Positions 29,806 through 41,662 of a stretch of 64,000 nt of DNA are shown piece by piece. The translations under genes and the position numbers were made by a program. The stretch is from positions 11,602 through 75,601 of the forward strand of contig CAUUVW010000001.1 in the NCBI GenBank assembly GCA_963548735.1. The letters run 5' to 3'. The DNA is from an uncultured Candidatus Saccharibacteria bacterium (lineage in GTDB: Bacteria; Patescibacteriota; Saccharimonadia; Saccharimonadales; Saccharimonadaceae). The notes under the pieces are model-generated. The model did not search any database. It was not told where the DNA came from and saw nothing but the letters and a program-made list of their open reading frames with translations. Positions within the stretch are counted from its first letter, which is position 1; every line of letters starts with the position of its first letter.

Positions 29806-30414
29806 ATGGAACGAAGACATCATCGAGGCAACTATTCGTTGCCCCCGGAAGACACTATGGATTGGGATGCCGACCAAGTAGCCGGCTCCAATACGCCCAA
29901 AACAGTACGACGTCGAGATTATGATCGCGCCAACAGCGATCCCTATAGCGATGAAGAAATTAGCCTAATAAGGGAATGTCGTGAGAGAAATAGAGAACGA
30001 GAGTTGCTGAGTCGACGAGAAGCAATCAGAGACGCTAAGCAAATCATAGTTGGAGGCATTGCCACGGTTATTGCTATTAAAGGTTTGCTCGACTTTTCTA
30101 AGGCTCACGGAGAGGCTTCTAGGAAGGCCTATTGGGACGAGCGACCGTTCCATGATAGTGGCGAGATAATGACTTTAGAGTGGGGCGAGACATGGCTAAA
30201 CAAGATGTACATACCGGTCGCCAAAAAATATAAGGGTATTTCCCCTGACGATGTTGAATACGCCTCCAAACAGCTCAACAAAGACTACGACGAGAAAGGT
30301 ATAGACGCCAACGGCAAGCCTTGCAAGACTTCTCTGGACACGGATATAGCAGGTACAAGCAAACACGTACCGGCCTTTGATGTTGAGCTAGCGGACAATT
30401 CTGACAGGAACTAG
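29806..30414 (+). CDS. Hypothetical single-TM protein
   Basis: 202-aa ORF with its own promoter and downstream terminator. Confidence 0.65.
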   Translation: MERRHHRGNYSLPPEDTMDWDADQVAGSNTPKTVRRRDYDRANSDPYSDEEISLIRECRERNRERELLSRREAIRDAKQIIVGGIATVIAIKGLLDFSKAHGEASRKAYWDERPFHDSGEIMTLEWGETWLNKMYIPVAKKYKGISPDDVEYASKQLNKDYDEKGIDANGKPCKTSLDTDIAGTSKHVPAFDVELADNSDRN

Positions 30415-30446
30415 CTAGTCCTGATCGACACTCGGCAAACGACAAC

Positions 30447-30476
30447 ACCCCGACATCTCGTCGGGGTATTTTATTT
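30447..30476 (+). terminator. Intrinsic terminator between convergent genes
   Basis: ACCCCGAC-ATCTC-GTCGGGGT followed by ATTTTTATTT. Confidence 0.8.
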
Positions 30477-30491
30477 AGTTTAACCCAGGCA

Positions 30492-32957
30492 CTACTTGAC
30501 CACTAAGTTCAAGATCTTACCCGGTATGTAGATGCGCTTAATGATCTCCTTATCCTTAGTGAAGCGCCGAACATTGTCCAGCTGAAGCGCCATTTCTTCT
30601 ACCTGCTCGGCGGCTATTTGTTTAGCTACCTCCAGTTCACCCCTCAGCTTACCATTGACCTGCACCGCCACCTTGACTGTGTCAGTCACTAGATACTGTT
30701 CATCGTAGACCGGCCAGGCGACTTGCTCTAATCGACAGTCCTCACCGTTAAGTTGGGAGTAAAGCTCACTGGCAACATGGGGTGCAAATGGCGCCAGCAG
30801 CTGGCATAAGCTGCTCAGTACCGCCTGCCATAGCCGGCGATCAAACCCGGCTGTCTTCAGCTTGGTCAGGTTATTGAGATGCTCCATCAAGGTGGAGACA
30901 GCGGTATTAAACTGCGCCCCGTAGATATCCTCAGTCACTTTCTTGATCGTGGCATGTTCGGTACGCAGCAACTCCAGCTGAGTCGTCTTATCAAGCTCGA
31001 CCAGCTTGTCGGCAGATTTTGCCTCCAGATATTCCTGTACCAAACTCCAGCACCGATTAAGAAAGCGATAGACTCCACCAATCCCGCCGGTATTCCAAAT
31101 GGCATCCAGCTCGTATGGACCAATAAACATCTCATAGGTTCTCAGTGTATCCGCCCCGTAGCCGCTATCAATCACGTCAAGCGGGTCTATCACATTTCCT
31201 TTGCTCTTACTCATCTTGAGTCCGTCCGGAGCATTGATGTAGCCATTGTATAAGAGCCTCTTGACCGGCTCACTAAAGCCCAGGTAGCCATGGTCGGCAA
31301 AGAACTTCGTCCAGAATCGAAAGTACAGCAGATGCGCCACCGCATGATCACCCCCCACATAAAAATCAAGCGGACACCAATAGTCAGCCTTGTCTTTATC
31401 CCATGCCCGCTGATTATCCCCGGCACTGGTGTAGCGGAATAAATACCACGACGAACAGGCGTAGCTATCCATCGTGTCAGTCTCTCGCTTGGCCGGATGA
31501 CCACACTTGGGGCAAGCTACATTAACCCATGACTTGACCTTGGCTAGAGGTGACTGACCGTCGCCCGACGGCTGATAGTCATCAATATCAGGCAATTTAA
31601 CCGGCAGATCTTCCTCCGGCACCGGCACTTCACCACAATGCGGACAGTGGATAATCGGTATTGGTGCTCCCCAATAGCGCTGGCGAGAGATCAGCCAGTC
31701 ACGCATCTTGTACGTCACCTTGCTACGCCCGATACCCCACTCCTCCAGCCAAGCGACGATTTGCTCCCTGGCATCACTAGTTGAAACACCATTGAAATCA
31801 CCGCTATTGATCAAAGTACCTTCACCATCATAAAAGTCGATCAGGTCGTCATCGTCGATATCTTCAGTCGGATCAATCACCTTGACGACCGGCAGCTTGT
31901 ACTTCCCGGCGAACTCATAATCTCGCTCGTCATGAGCCGGCACAGCCATGACCGCCCCTTCACCATAATTACCCAGCACATAGTCGGCGATCCAGATAGG
32001 CATCTTCGCTCCAGTAGCAGGGTTAATAGCATAGGCTCCCGTGAAGACACCGGTCTTCTCCTTATCACCCTGGCGCTCAATCTCAGATCGGCGCATTGCC
32101 TGCTCGCAATAAGCCGACACCGAGTCCTTCTGCTCGTCGGTCGTTATCTCCCTAACTAGCTTGTGTTCGGGTGCCAACACCAGGAAGGTGGCACCAAATA
32201 GCGTATCAGGACGGGTGGTGAAGACCTTAATCAAATGGTCGGACCCGTCAACCGCGAACTCCACCTCGGCGCCCTGGCTCCGTCCGATCCAGTTGCGTTG
32301 CATTGTCTTGACTTTAGCCGGCCAGTCGATCCGGTCAAGCTCGTCCAGTAACTCGTCAGCGTAATCAGTGATCTTAAAGAACCACTGCTTCATCTTCTTC
32401 TTTTCGACCTCACTACCACAGCGCCAGCACTTTCCACCCTCAACCTGCTCGTTGGCTAGAACTGTCTTGTCAACCGGGCACCACCACTGATAGCTCTCTT
32501 TGCGGTAAGCTAGCCCCTGCTTGTACAGTTGCTCAAAACACCACTGTGTCCAGCGATAATACTCCGGGGCAGATGTATTAATCTCTCTGCTCCAGTCTAC
32601 CGCCATGCCTAGGCGCTGATACTGCTTCTTAAAGTTAGCGATATTTTGTGTCGTCGTTACCTTGGGCGAGGCGCCGGTCTTGATGGCGTAATTTTCAGCA
32701 GGTAGCCCAAAGTTATCCCAGCCGATTGGTCGTAGTACATTATATCCCTGCTGGCGATAGAAACGAGCCAACACGTCAACGATCGTAAAGTTGCGGACAT
32801 GCCCCACATGTAGACCAAGACCCGAAGGGTAAGGGAACATCTCGGCTACATACATCTTTGGTCGGCTAGTATCTCCGTCAGTTGCCCGATAAGTCTGCTC
32901 CTCCTGCCAGATTCGCTGCCATTTCGCCTCGACTTTTATAGGATCATACCGCTTCAT
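30492..32957 (-). CDS. leuS: Leucine--tRNA ligase
   Basis: MFPYPSG.LHVGH, FTTRPDT editing domain, SRQRYWG, KMSKS. Confidence 0.98.
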   Translation of the reverse strand: MKRYDPIKVEAKWQRIWQEEQTYRATDGDTSRPKMYVAEMFPYPSGLGLHVGHVRNFTIVDVLARFYRQQGYNVLRPIGWDNFGLPAENYAIKTGASPKVTTTQNIANFKKQYQRLGMAVDWSREINTSAPEYYRWTQWCFEQLYKQGLAYRKESYQWWCPVDKTVLANEQVEGGKCWRCGSEVEKKKMKQWFFKITDYADELLDELDRIDWPAKVKTMQRNWIGRSQGAEVEFAVDGSDHLIKVFTTRPDTLFGATFLVLAPEHKLVREITTDEQKDSVSAYCEQAMRRSEIERQGDKEKTGVFTGAYAINPATGAKMPIWIADYVLGNYGEGAVMAVPAHDERDYEFAGKYKLPVVKVIDPTEDIDDDDLIDFYDGEGTLINSGDFNGVSTSDAREQIVAWLEEWGIGRSKVTYKMRDWLISRQRYWGAPIPIIHCPHCGEVPVPEEDLPVKLPDIDDYQPSGDGQSPLAKVKSWVNVACPKCGHPAKRETDTMDSYACSSWYLFRYTSAGDNQRAWDKDKADYWCPLDFYVGGDHAVAHLLYFRFWTKFFADHGYLGFSEPVKRLLYNGYINAPDGLKMSKSKGNVIDPLDVIDSGYGADTLRTYEMFIGPYELDAIWNTGGIGGVYRFLNRCWSLVQEYLEAKSADKLVELDKTTQLELLRTEHATIKKVTEDIYGAQFNTAVSTLMEHLNNLTKLKTAGFDRRLWQAVLSSLCQLLAPFAPHVASELYSQLNGEDCRLEQVAWPVYDEQYLVTDTVKVAVQVNGKLRGELEVAKQIAAEQVEEMALQLDNVRRFTKDKEIIKRIYIPGKILNLVVK

Positions 32958-34274
32958 TCACTCCTCCTCCAGCTCTTCCTCGTCATGTTTACCTAGCCCG
33001 GTAAACCAATCCTGTTTACGCTTCTGCCATTCTTCATCTTGGCGCACCAGCTTCGCCGCATCATCACTATCTCTCAGCAGCACCTTAGTCGCCTCCTCGG
33101 CATAGACCCGGTCTTGCGAGCCTTTGATTAGTACCACTGCCCCCTCCTTCAGTACTTGGCTGGCAAAGGTACCGGCTGAAACGGGGTCAGCAAAAGCCCT
33201 GGTCTGACAGCCATTCTTCCTGGCCGCCAGCGCCAATTGCTGGTTGGCCATATCACCAATGGTAATAACCCAATCAAGCATTGACGGATCACAAAAAGAA
33301 CCGACTTGCTGATGAGCTGATAAAGCGTAGTTGCCCAGCTCATTCATCGTGCCCAGAATAGCGATTCGTTGCGGCGCTTCGATCTGATAAAGAGTCTGCA
33401 AGGCTGCAATCGCCGCAATGGGTGACGAATTGTAGGTATCATCTATCAGAGTTGAATTACGTCGACCGGGCAGAGGATTCATCCGTCCCGGTACAGGACG
33501 AAACTTCTCTATATTAGCCACCAGCTCACTCACCGGTACACCCATCCGCAAGCCAACTGTCACGGCAGCGCAAGCCGACTTAAGCATATGATTACCCACC
33601 ACATGCAAAACAGCTCTAATCGGCTGGCTTAGCTCCGGTGCGGTAAAAACAACCTCATAGCCGGCCAGCGGCGACCCGCCGATCACATCTACCTGATACT
33701 GCCCGCCATCTATGCCATAGCTGGTTAGGTTGCCGGTATTAGCGTAATTAACAAACCTACTATCCACGTCATCGTTGCCAACAATCACCAGCCCCGAGCA
33801 GCCCGACAGAGTAAACTCTTCTCGTGCCACTTGGTCGAGCCCACCCGGAAAGCCCTCCATGTGCTCCGGCGACACCGCCGTAAGTACCATAATATCGGGA
33901 CTGAGGTAATTAGCATAAGTAGCCAGGTCACCCGGATGATCGGTGCCGAGCTCTTGGATGATCACATCGACACCCTGAGGTGCTTTGACCCTTTGGCGCA
34001 TCGCTCGAAAGACTTGTCGCCAGGTACTTCTCTGGTGTATTAGCTCTGTCGGAGGGTATTTTACGCCCATTAGCGCCAGCGGCACACTCAGGGGGGTATT
34101 GAGATTGCCCGTTTCCAACTGAGTACGATATCTCCCTGCCAGGGCAGTGGCGATGGCCGTCTTAGTCGTAGTCTTGCCTACCGACCCCACCACCACGATT
34201 AGAGTCGGATGATGCTTCTTAAAATACTTCTTAATATACCTTTCCAGGCGCCACTGCACATATTGCTTAAACAT
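32958..34274 (-). CDS. murF: Mur ligase, MurF-like
   Basis: GSVGKTTTK, GRM, DDTYNSSP, ILGTMNELG, LIKGS. Confidence 0.85.
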   Translation of the reverse strand: MFKQYVQWRLERYIKKYFKKHHPTLIVVVGSVGKTTTKTAIATALAGRYRTQLETGNLNTPLSVPLALMGVKYPPTELIHQRSTWRQVFRAMRQRVKAPQGVDVIIQELGTDHPGDLATYANYLSPDIMVLTAVSPEHMEGFPGGLDQVAREEFTLSGCSGLVIVGNDDVDSRFVNYANTGNLTSYGIDGGQYQVDVIGGSPLAGYEVVFTAPELSQPIRAVLHVVGNHMLKSACAAVTVGLRMGVPVSELVANIEKFRPVPGRMNPLPGRRNSTLIDDTYNSSPIAAIAALQTLYQIEAPQRIAILGTMNELGNYALSAHQQVGSFCDPSMLDWVITIGDMANQQLALAARKNGCQTRAFADPVSAGTFASQVLKEGAVVLIKGSQDRVYAEEATKVLLRDSDDAAKLVRQDEEWQKRKQDWFTGLGKHDEEELEEE

Positions 34275-34306
34275 AGTTTCATTATATATCAGGATGACTG
34301 ATATAG

Positions 34307-36649
34307 CTAAGACCCGGCTCGCCTAGGTCTCCGCTGAATCAGCAACTGGACCAAGGCGATCAAGCCTATAGCTATCGCCGCCCATAGCAACACGATTAGT
34401 AGAGTCGTCGGATCTAGCCTGAGACTAAAGATTTGTGCCACTCTAGGCAACAAGAGATGTAGAGCAAAGACACCGCCACATATACCAATCAGCCCGATCT
34501 TCCACCCTCTGATTGGTCGAGCCAACCAAGCCAGAACAGCTAATCCTATAGTCATTGCCGCTATTGACACACTGGTACCCGCCACTATCGTAGGTACGCC
34601 TGCTCGACTGAGCTGGCTATAGCTCCCCAGCATAGCCAGAGCAGTAATTACACCGGTGGGGATAGCGAAGCTCAACACTCGACGTAAGAAGCCCGGGCGG
34701 TATAGCTGATTATTCGGCGCTAACGCCAGAAAGAAAGCCGGCACGCCAATGCTAAGAGTACTGATCACCGTCATTTGAGCCGGTAGGAAGGGGTAGGCTA
34801 GCCCCAACGCCGTCACTGCCAGTGCCAACACTGCGCTATAGACGTTTTTAATGATAAATAAGCCGGATGCCCGTTCAATATTTGCCACTACTCGCCGCCC
34901 CTCCGCTAAAACACTAGGCAGATGACTGAACTTGTTGTCCATTAACACCACCTCAGCCACCGCCCGAGTAGCCGGTGACCCGCTATTCATGGCGATACCT
35001 AAATCAGCCTTTTTCAGGGCCAAGGCATCGTTAACACCATCGCCGGTCATCGCTACCACCCTACCCGCTTGTTGCAAAGCCGCAACGATCCGGCGCTTTT
35101 GCTGAGGCTGAACCCGACCGAAGATATTATGCTTTCTAACAGTCTCGAGAAACTTAGTCGGAGTCTCGTCGTAGTCAGGTAGATCACGGGCATCATAAGA
35201 CCGAGGGGATAAGCCAACCCGTCGAGCAATCGTCGCCACTGTCTGAGCTGAGTCGCCCGAAATGATCTTGATCTCTACCCCTTGCTTCTTGAAGTAACTA
35301 AGCGTCGACGCAGCATCAGGGCGAATGCCTTCCGCCAGTGAAATGAGCCCTAGCGGCTTTACCTTGCCGAGCTCATCACCGGTCGGCAATCGACTCAGCG
35401 CCACTATAGCTACCACTCGGAAGCCTTGCCTAGCCAGATCGTCAACTCGCTTAACTGCTTTTTGACACAGCTCGCCGTCGCCCGCTAAGACGATCTCCGG
35501 CGCTCCCATGGCGTAACTTTCTCCATTCACCAACCTAACGGCACTCCATTTGCGCTGACTATTAAAGGCAATGTGCCGAACAACGTCTAGTGCCGATTCG
35601 TTAGCCAGGTAGGTCGCTACAGCATCACCGGTCGGTGATTCGCCGGACCTAGCCAAGCTAGCGATCAATTGGCGCAATCGGAGCTTTCCCTTGGCCAGCT
35701 CGACTATCTCAACAACCGCCATATTACCATCGGTAATAGTGCCGGTCTTGTCTAAGAGCAATGTATCTACCCTGGCTAAAGTCTCGACCGCCGGCAGTTG
35801 CTGCACCAAGACCTGTTGCCTAGCCAGCCTGACCACAGCCAACAAGAATGCCATACTCGTCAGCAGTACCAGCCCCTCAGGAATCATACCGACGATAGCC
35901 GCCACGGTATGCACCACCACCTCCGACCAGTTGCCCTGCCCAATTCTGAGCTGGCCAATGATTAGGATCGGCACCACCAAGAGCATCAGCCAGGCTATCC
36001 ACTTCATGATCCGATTCGTTGCTTCGACCAACTCAGACGATGCTCGGTGAAACTGCTTCGCCTCCTTAGATAACTTGGCAGCGTATGAATCATGACCCAC
36101 TTTAGTCGCCCGCATCAGACCATCGCCGGCCACCACTAGTGAACCTGACAACACCCGGCTGCTAACCGGCTTAGCGATCGAGTCGGCCTCACCGGTCAGC
36201 AGGCTTTCATCAACTTCTAATCCATCTGATTGGATTACTTCTCCATCAACCACTACCTGGTCGCCTCGTTCGACTGTAATCAGGTCACCTTGAACGATCT
36301 CACCGGCATCAAGTTCCTCTATCTGACCGTCTCGCACTACTTTCACCCTAGGCTTAGTGACGATCACCAGCTTGTCTAATACCGCCTTCGCTTTTAGCTC
36401 CTGGATGATACCGACGACGGCATTAATCAGCATAGCGATGAAGAAAAGCGAATTAATCGGATTCCTATTCACCACCAGTACCACTACCGCTAGCGCAGTA
36501 ATAAGGGCGTTGAACGGAGTCAGGATATTTCCCCTTAGGATATCGGCCAGGCTGCGGGAAGCATCGGAGTCGGCTCGGTTGACCAGACCAGCTTGCTGAC
36601 GAGACACCACCTCGCCGGCAGTGAGCCCGGCGTATTGCTTACGATGCAT
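34307..36649 (-). CDS. P-type cation-transporting ATPase (CtpE-like)
   Basis: DESLLTGE, IPEGL, DKTGT, MTGDGVNDALAL. Confidence 0.92.
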   Translation of the reverse strand: MHRKQYAGLTAGEVVSRQQAGLVNRADSDASRSLADILRGNILTPFNALITALAVVVLVVNRNPINSLFFIAMLINAVVGIIQELKAKAVLDKLVIVTKPRVKVVRDGQIEELDAGEIVQGDLITVERGDQVVVDGEVIQSDGLEVDESLLTGEADSIAKPVSSRVLSGSLVVAGDGLMRATKVGHDSYAAKLSKEAKQFHRASSELVEATNRIMKWIAWLMLLVVPILIIGQLRIGQGNWSEVVVHTVAAIVGMIPEGLVLLTSMAFLLAVVRLARQQVLVQQLPAVETLARVDTLLLDKTGTITDGNMAVVEIVELAKGKLRLRQLIASLARSGESPTGDAVATYLANESALDVVRHIAFNSQRKWSAVRLVNGESYAMGAPEIVLAGDGELCQKAVKRVDDLARQGFRVVAIVALSRLPTGDELGKVKPLGLISLAEGIRPDAASTLSYFKKQGVEIKIISGDSAQTVATIARRVGLSPRSYDARDLPDYDETPTKFLETVRKHNIFGRVQPQQKRRIVAALQQAGRVVAMTGDGVNDALALKKADLGIAMNSGSPATRAVAEVVLMDNKFSHLPSVLAEGRRVVANIERASGLFIIKNVYSAVLALAVTALGLAYPFLPAQMTVISTLSIGVPAFFLALAPNNQLYRPGFLRRVLSFAIPTGVITALAMLGSYSQLSRAGVPTIVAGTSVSIAAMTIGLAVLAWLARPIRGWKIGLIGICGGVFALHLLLPRVAQIFSLRLDPTTLLIVLLWAAIAIGLIALVQLLIQRRPRRAGS

Positions 36650-37331
36650 TGAAAGTCTTGTTAAATAGTGTTTGACCGTTCTCGTCGTCGATATTGATGG
36701 TCAATTTATTGATCGTCGTAAAATTAGTCGCTGTCAGGGTATATCTCGTCTTGTCATTATTGATAGTGAAGTTAAATCGGAGCAGACCGACCTGATCGCC
36801 CCCTCTCGGTCCATTGACCTCGTTCTTGATGCTGCCTAAATCAAGCGACACTTTATTCAGTCTGATATTTAGCTTCATTGTCACTGCCCGGATAGCTGAC
36901 TTAAAAAGACTGACGTCATCTCTACCATGTTCTCTGCCATACGTCTCGAAGCCATACCACAGCACGTCATCCTTAAAGATGTATCTGACTATCTTATCCG
37001 GCACGCCCGCCCTGTAGAAGTCATCTAGCGGCACATCGGTGCCGGGGCCGATCACCATCCGGTCGCCCTTCATCACCGCCGGCGCCGATTCGCACGCCCC
37101 CTTAGTAACCGGATCAATCCAATAGAGCTTCCACTCACCATCGGTTACCAAGGGCTTCGACACAGTAAAGTCTTCAGTACCACTGACAGCCACTACAGCT
37201 TTTCGCACCGCCGGATCGCCGCTACGCCACGGCTTAGCGATATTAACGATAGCCACTATCATGACGATCACTACGAAACCCACTCCGACTCCCAGTGCGA
37301 TCAAACGGCGTTTCCTCGAATCATCAAACAT
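36639..37331 (-). CDS. Hypothetical membrane-anchored extracytoplasmic protein
   Basis: N-terminal RKRR plus TM helix; tightly coupled to its neighbours. Confidence 0.7.
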   Translation of the reverse strand: MFDDSRKRRLIALGVGVGFVVIVMIVAIVNIAKPWRSGDPAVRKAVVAVSGTEDFTVSKPLVTDGEWKLYWIDPVTKGACESAPAVMKGDRMVIGPGTDVPLDDFYRAGVPDKIVRYIFKDDVLWYGFETYGREHGRDDVSLFKSAIRAVTMKLNIRLNKVSLDLGSIKNEVNGPRGGDQVGLLRFNFTINNDKTRYTLTATNFTTINKLTINIDDENGQTLFNKTFNAS

Positions 37332-37335
37332 ATCT

Positions 37336-39309
37336 CTACGTTGCTCCCGTTCCTACATACCTAAAGAACTCAGGTTTTACCCCGTGTCGATCTTTCCGGT
37401 CGACTATTGATGGACCGTGATTCTTGCCACAACCGGGGTTGCGAGATCCGGCAAAGTGATATGTTCCATCACTATTAGTGCCTAGATAAATCTCGACATG
37501 TCCTTTCCACCAAGCAATATCACCCGGCTGTGGGTCAGTCACTTTTTGGTAGGCCTTTATGCCGGGCATTGCCTCTGTAGTAAACGTTTTAAGGTAACCG
37601 GTTGCTTTATAGACTACGGACGCCACAAAACCGGAGCAGTCAACCCCATTTTCCATACCACGAAAGTGTGCATTTATTAGCTTCTCAACGTGTTCTTTAT
37701 TTTCCACATGGCCACCGCCCCAAGCATAGCAAGTACCGCCATCTTCGTTCTCCCAAGCTGCCATCGCTTTAGCTACGTCGGCGATAGATCCATTTAGCCC
37801 CGTCGATGCCTCGCCGCACTCATCCTTATTCCTGTCCGGATCGCCGTCTCGGATGAACTCGTATATTTTCTTATTCAGCTCGCTCTTATAGTTGATCCCG
37901 TCATCCTCAAAGTCGGTCTCTTTGATATCTTTCTTAAACTTAGTGTAGACATCGATATACTCCAGCTTCTTGCTGCCGGACAGACCGCTCTTCAGTTCGT
38001 TATTAAACTTCTCGATATCGGCGTTCTTGATCTGCGTCTTACTCTCTAGTACCGGATTGACTGAGACGACGAGGACTTTTCTGGCTTTCGCCCAGGCACC
38101 ATTATCTGCTACCAGCTCCTTTAGCTTATCAGTGTAACGTTTAGCGCCACCGGCCATATCATTGACGCCGAGAGCAAAGACTATCGTATCACCTTTTTTG
38201 TCTTTGTCTTTGTCTTTGTCCTTGTCCTTATCCTTATCTTTCTTGTCTTTACTCTGGTCTTGACTATTCTGAGCTTGACCTTCGCTCTCTTTCAGCTGAC
38301 CACCCACTTGATTAATGGCAGTATTAACGAACCAATCATAGCCGTCATTCTCGTCAGTCACCCAGATGTCTTTATCATTCTTACCACCGGCATTTTGCAG
38401 ACCGATCGCTCGCTTGTCGCCGACCCAGAAAGCTCGCTCCTCAATCCTCTTCTCAATACTGGCGCCACCACCACTAGATGAACCGGAACCACCTCCCAAC
38501 CCCAAGTAAACTACATAAGCACCGTAATCCTGGTTAGCGGGACACTTAACACTACCCGGCCCCAAAGACTGACACCAGTTACCACCGTTCTTGTTCGGAT
38601 CTCGTTTCTCGTCTGCTTTATTCATCACATAGGGCGACCCCTCACCATCAAGTCCCTCTTGGTGGCTAAAGCCCAGATTCTCCGCTTGCTTAACATAACG
38701 ATGTTCCTTCTTACCCAGAACGTAGGCTTGACCTGAATTATATGCAAACAGAGATCGCTTGATAGTCCTCGGATCATTCCAGTCGCCACCCCCGACGGCT
38801 TGGTGTTTACTCTCAAGTTCTTGCATAGCAACTTCGGTAGCCTCTTCAAACTTAGCGTCACTGAGCACTTTATCGCAGAAGTCAGGTCTACCATGACCTT
38901 TACCGTCAGGATCGTAGCCATATGGACCCTCGCACTGATGGGGGCTACCCTGAGCTATGCCGCTTTCTCGATAATGAATAGCCGCTAATATCTGCCAGGC
39001 AACCCCGTACTTTGAAGCAACCTTCTGGTAGATTGGCTGATAATGCTTAACTCTGTCCAGCTCTTCGTCTGTCAATATCTGATTGCCTTCGTAGTCTTTA
39101 TTGTCACCAATTGACAAATTACCGCCACCACCGGGTACACATGGCTCAATATTGTGGTACGGCACGCCCCAATCAAATATCTTGCGCTGATCTTTGCCCA
39201 CCGCATAGGCACTCAGTGCTACCAAAATAGCTACCGCCGCTGCGCCAAGCGTACAGCCGATAAATCGAGCAACGTACTTAGAAATAATCCGCCGACCCAT
39301 CATAACCAT
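37336..39309 (-). CDS. Secreted multidomain peptidoglycan hydrolase: lysozyme/SLT-like, SGNH-like and NlpC/P60 domains
   Basis: Signal/TM; YGVAWQILAAIHYRES...LFAYN; FALGVND; YAWGGG...DCSGFV...GDI...GHVEIY. Confidence 0.8.
   Translation of the reverse strand: MVMMGRRIISKYVARFIGCTLGAAAVAILVALSAYAVGKDQRKIFDWGVPYHNIEPCVPGGGGNLSIGDNKDYEGNQILTDEELDRVKHYQPIYQKVASKYGVAWQILAAIHYRESGIAQGSPHQCEGPYGYDPDGKGHGRPDFCDKVLSDAKFEEATEVAMQELESKHQAVGGGDWNDPRTIKRSLFAYNSGQAYVLGKKEHRYVKQAENLGFSHQEGLDGEGSPYVMNKADEKRDPNKNGGNWCQSLGPGSVKCPANQDYGAYVVYLGLGGGSGSSSGGGASIEKRIEERAFWVGDKRAIGLQNAGGKNDKDIWVTDENDGYDWFVNTAINQVGGQLKESEGQAQNSQDQSKDKKDKDKDKDKDKDKDKKGDTIVFALGVNDMAGGAKRYTDKLKELVADNGAWAKARKVLVVSVNPVLESKTQIKNADIEKFNNELKSGLSGSKKLEYIDVYTKFKKDIKETDFEDDGINYKSELNKKIYEFIRDGDPDRNKDECGEASTGLNGSIADVAKAMAAWENEDGGTCYAWGGGHVENKEHVEKLINAHFRGMENGVDCSGFVASVVYKATGYLKTFTTEAMPGIKAYQKVTDPQPGDIAWWKGHVEIYLGTNSDGTYHFAGSRNPGCGKNHGPSIVDRKDRHGVKPEFFRYVGTGAT
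38194..38250 (-). repeat. Hexanucleotide-type tandem repeat encoding a (KD)n linker
   Basis: TTTGTC/CTTGTC/CTTATC units encoding KDKKDKDKDKDKDKDKDKK. Confidence 0.9.
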
Positions 39310-39351
39310 TAGCTATATTCTACCATAACCGTCATTAAATATTCCTCTATA

Positions 39352-39427
39352 TGGTGGAGTAGATCGGACTCGAACCGACCACCTCAGCAATGCGAATGCT
39401 GCGCTCTACCGGATGAGCTACTACCCC
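39352..39427 (-). tRNA. tRNA-Ala(CGC)
   Basis: Cloverleaf, anticodon arm CAGCA-TTCGCAT-TGCTG, G3:U70, encoded CCA. Confidence 0.96.
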
Positions 39428-39451
39428 AAGCCTCCGCTATCATTATACTAC

Positions 39452-39581
39452 AAAACAAAACCTCGCCGGAGAAGTCCACGAGGTCTTGCTGCTTTTACCC
39501 GGCTGTTGTGCGCCCACCCGGGGGCGTTACGCTTTTTGTTTTCTTGGTTCCAGACGGGTTAGCCCCGCCTGCACACCAGCC
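39452..39581 (-). ncRNA. Putative small structured RNA with its own promoter and terminator
   Basis: TGGTATTAT upstream, closing stem GGCTG-G-TGTGC/GCACA-A-CAGCC, internal hairpins, terminal hairpin plus U-tract. Confidence 0.5.
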
Positions 39582-39619
39582 ACTTTTATAATACCACAAG
39601 CATAATCAAGCACAAGCCC

Positions 39620-41662
<2,043 letters not shown>

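Noticed and set aside
38194..38250. KD repeat as a phase-variation switch
   Set aside because: Unit length is a multiple of 3 and the codons vary, so slippage changes linker length but not frame
39485..39510. AAGCAGC suggesting SRP RNA
   Set aside because: Lacks the CAGG...GNRA...AGCAG helix-8 arrangement
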